Assembly (NCBI GenBank): GCA_963804995.1
Contig: CAWDSK010000006.1
Span: 1,184,001-1,248,000, forward strand
DNA from: an uncultured Acidobacteriota bacterium
Lineage (GTDB): Bacteria; Acidobacteriota; Terriglobia; UBA7540
Direction of reading: 5' to 3'
Length of the DNA stretch: 64,000 nt
Each line of letters begins with the position of its first letter. Positions within the stretch are counted from its first letter, which is position 1. Shown piece by piece: positions 61,262-64,000 of the stretch. A program made the position numbers and the translations under genes. Below the pieces are notes generated by a model. The model did not search any database and was not told the DNA's origin. It was given only the letters and a program-made list of their open reading frames with translations.

Positions 61262-62647
61262 TCAGAGGCAGCGCTGGAAAAGTTGATTCAGAAGCTCGAG
61301 GCCCAGGTCCATTTCTTCGCGCGTGATGGTAAATGAGGGCGCGATGGTGAACACGTTCTTATAGTAGCCGCCCACGTCGAGCACCAGCCCGTACTTCTTG
61401 CCGCCCACCGGGATTTCACCAGCCATCCCTTCTGCAAAGATGCGGTCGGTAAGGTCACGGTCAGGCGTGATACCATCTTCCTTGCAAACCTCCAAGCGCA
61501 GAGCCAGGCCCAGCCCGTCCACGTCACCGATGACGCCGGGATAGCGGCTCTGGAGCTTGCGGAGCCCCGCGAGGAAGTATGCACCTTTCTCGTTCACAAG
61601 TTTCTCGTAGTCCCCCTCCTCCAGCATCTTGAGCGTCTCAAGCGCCACGGCGGTGCCCAGCGTGTTGGAGGAAAAAGTTGAGTGCGTGGAGCCGGGCGGG
61701 AAGAGCTCCGGCGTAATCAATTCCTCCCGCGCCCAGATGCCGGAGATCGGGTTCAAGCCATTGGTGAGCGCTTTGCCGAACACAATAATGTCCGGCGTGA
61801 TGCCGAAATTCTCAATCGCCCAGAACTTCCCGGTGCGGTAGAAACCCATTTGAATTTCGTCATCGACGATCAGGATCTTGCGCTCGCGGCAGGTCTGCTG
61901 GAGGCGCTGGAAATAATCCCGTGGCGGGATAACGTAGCCCCCGGTTCCCTGCACCGCTTCGATGTAGAAGGCGCCGAACTCCGCGGTCTTCGCCTTGGCG
62001 TCCCAAACGGCGTGATACTCATTATCGAAGAGCGTCGCGAACTGATCGTGGCAATAAAGATTGCAAGTCTCGGGCTTAAGGTTATAGATACAGCGGAAAC
62101 AATAAGGATAGAAGATGAACTGCGCCCGGTCACCGAAGTGCCCGTAACGCCGCCGGTAGCGATAACTCGAGGTGATGGCGGATGCCCCCAGCGTGCGCCC
62201 GTGGTAGCCGCCCATGAACGCGAACATCAGGTTCTTACCGGTGTAGTTGCGAACCAGCTTAAGGGAATCCTCGATGGCCTGTGCGCCGCCCACGTTGAAA
62301 TGTACGCGCCCTTTGACGCCGAAACGCTTTTCACAATACTGCGCAATGCGCGCCGCCACTTCCACTTTCTCCGCGTGCAGGTACTGGCAGGCAAGCTGGG
62401 GCAGACGATCGATCTGCCGCTTGAGCGCCTCGTTCAGGCGGGGATTCTTGTAACCAAAGCTCGCGGCGGAATACCACATCTGGAGGTCGAGATAAGGCGT
62501 GCGCTGCTCGTCGTAGAGGTAGCTGCCCTCGCAATCCACAAAGATCTTCGGCGGGTCAAGATAATGCACCGTGTCGCCGAACGAGCAGTACTTCCGCTCC
62601 AGAGCCAGCAGTTCTGCGGTACGCGTCGTGGAATCAGAAATGGCCAA
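61262..62647 (-). CDS. Class III PLP aminotransferase
   Basis: GGYHGRT, IEAVQGTGG, DDEIQMGFYRTG, FGKALTNG. Confidence 0.9.
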   Translation of the reverse strand: MAISDSTTRTAELLALERKYCSFGDTVHYLDPPKIFVDCEGSYLYDEQRTPYLDLQMWYSAASFGYKNPRLNEALKRQIDRLPQLACQYLHAEKVEVAARIAQYCEKRFGVKGRVHFNVGGAQAIEDSLKLVRNYTGKNLMFAFMGGYHGRTLGASAITSSYRYRRRYGHFGDRAQFIFYPYCFRCIYNLKPETCNLYCHDQFATLFDNEYHAVWDAKAKTAEFGAFYIEAVQGTGGYVIPPRDYFQRLQQTCRERKILIVDDEIQMGFYRTGKFWAIENFGITPDIIVFGKALTNGLNPISGIWAREELITPELFPPGSTHSTFSSNTLGTAVALETLKMLEEGDYEKLVNEKGAYFLAGLRKLQSRYPGVIGDVDGLGLALRLEVCKEDGITPDRDLTDRIFAEGMAGEIPVGGKKYGLVLDVGGYYKNVFTIAPSFTITREEMDLGLELLNQLFQRCL

Positions 62648-62662
62648 AGGGCCTCCGTATTA

Positions 62663-62697
62663 ATTGTCGATTTTCGATTGCCGATTTGCGATCGCCA
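62663..62697. repeat. Short heptamer array (ATTKYCG)
   Basis: attgtcg attttcg attgccg atttgcg atcgcca. Confidence 0.7.
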
Positions 62698-62789
62698 AAT
62701 CACTGTCTCAGACGTAGCATGCGGAACGTTTTCGGGCCAACTTCCAATTAAACGATCTACTCCTCGGCGTCGTCGTACTTTTCTGGATA

Positions 62790-63071
62790 CTATTCCAGAA
62801 AGCGGCGTTGGCTCGCGTGAAAGACACCCCGGATGCTCACATAATCGGCGAGGACTCGATAGAATACGACGTAAGGAGTGTCGGAAACCACAAGTTTGCG
62901 GAGTCCGGTCTCATCGACCTTTGCTCCCATGTTGGGGAATTCCCCAAGCCGGAGGACAGCCCTTTGAATGCGGTCGACCGTATGCTCGGCCGCTTCATCC
63001 GACAGGCCGGAGAGATAATTGCCAATCCCGTCGAGATCGCCATAGGCCTTCTTGGCCCAAAGGACGGTCAT
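62790..63071 (-). CDS. RelE/ParE family toxin
   Basis: W..KA..DL..I..Y, L.EFPNMG, PYVVFYRV, VFHASQ. Confidence 0.85.
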   Translation of the reverse strand: MTVLWAKKAYGDLDGIGNYLSGLSDEAAEHTVDRIQRAVLRLGEFPNMGAKVDETGLRKLVVSDTPYVVFYRVLADYVSIRGVFHASQRRFLE

Positions 63072-63322
63072 TTGGACAACGGATTTCTGCGGCTGGGGCG
63101 AAAGGAGTCCAGCTTCGCGAAGGCTTCCTCATTGCTGGAGATCTCGCCCGTGTCTGTCGCGTCCCTCCGCCGCACCTCAGCGATTTGCGCCTCTTCGATA
63201 CTGAGCAACGAATCGATAGCAGAGGAAAGCAGGGTGGCTGGCTCTTCCTCGCGTTCCTTCGCCACCCGCTCAATCCTTCGCTTCAGTTCAGTCGGCAATT
63301 CGAGATTCGAAGTTGTGCTCAT
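63068..63322 (-). CDS. RHH/CopG-type antitoxin
   Basis: LELPTELKRRIERVAK...; ATGA overlap with the toxin; GGAGG RBS. Confidence 0.75.
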   Translation of the reverse strand: MSTTSNLELPTELKRRIERVAKEREEEPATLLSSAIDSLLSIEEAQIAEVRRRDATDTGEISSNEEAFAKLDSFRPSRRNPLSK

Positions 63323-63443
63323 GGCTGAACCTCCCAATCCTTGCTCATTCCTTCAAAGGCCGCAATCTCCTGACCCAATTCCGCCATGAACTTAATTATA
63401 ACCCCGCCCTTTCAAGGTGACACCGCTTAAGATGCGGTTTGGG

Positions 63444-64000
63444 TCAAGACATCGCTACGACGGCCTGCCGGTATCGCCGGGCGGGCGCCGTAGCAAACCA
63501 CTTCTCGAGCTCACCTTGAACATCCTGGAAAGTTTCGAACGGATGGCAGGCTATCTCCTTCTCCCGGCAATGAGCCAACAATTGACGTTTGGCAAAGACG
63601 ACGTTTGCGGCTTCCACGGCGAAGCGGTCCGACATGCCATCTCCTACAAAGACTACGGGGCGCCGCCCTTCCGCGACCGCGCGTATCACGGCGGGCTTGC
63701 AGGTCGCGCAGCCGTGCTCGCAACCCTCACCCGAATGAGGGAAGGAGGGAAGCAAGCGGTGGCCTTCCACTCGCAAAGCACTCGCGTAAAGACGCGAACT
63801 GTCTCGGAACTGCCTGCCCACACCGGTGCGTTTGAGAATGCGGCGAATAACGTAATCAAAGCCGTCGCTCACGATGTAAAGCGGCAGGCTCCGCCGGCGG
63901 GTGAACCGGCAGAAGTCTGAGAAGTGCGGGTCGATGGCAATCGAGTCAATCAGTGCGTGGAGTTCCTTCGGAGGAGCATCCACCAAGGCGATCTGGCGCT
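63444..64000 (-). CDS. MtnX-like HAD-IB phosphatase (5' end outside the window)
   Basis: IVSDGFD, C..GCATCK, FVGDGMSD, VFAK. Confidence 0.85.
   Translation of the reverse strand, partial: RQIALVDAPPKELHALIDSIAIDPHFSDFCRFTRRRSLPLYIVSDGFDYVIRRILKRTGVGRQFRDSSRLYASALRVEGHRLLPSFPHSGEGCEHGCATCKPAVIRAVAEGRRPVVFVGDGMSDRFAVEAANVVFAKRQLLAHCREKEIACHPFETFQDVQGELEKWFATAPARRYRQAVVAMS

Overview
GC-rich bacterial chromosomal window. The gene order and repeat content suggest Acidobacteriota (Terriglobia-like); this is an inference. The backbone is housekeeping operons, mostly on the minus strand: clpC, lolD/lolE, lysS; rimP-nusA-infB-DUF503-rbfA-truB; nth; ispH; nnr-tsaE; two APC permeases; Xaa-Pro peptidase-accB-accC-thiE; HTH-pilMNOPQ. 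An accessory stretch (~5.7-15.3 kb) holds a truncated restriction-modification gene, a BON protein, a stand-alone rpoZ-like gene, a complete group II intron, regulators and a RAYT transposase inside its REP cluster. Most notable observations: (i) a four-helix-bundle (IVS/Avd-like) gene bracketed by inverted heptamer arrays inside the lolE-lolD operon, with gene-free hairpins of the same heptamer elsewhere; (ii) a group II intron inserted into a perfect 17-bp palindrome, with a verifiable EBS1/IBS1 match; (iii) sqdB followed by two GT28 (MGDG-synthase-like) paralogs instead of sqdX/sqdD; (iv) a GIY-YIG gene nested in its own repeat modules; (v) several other dispersed palindromic repeat families. 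No tRNA, rRNA or CRISPR array was seen.
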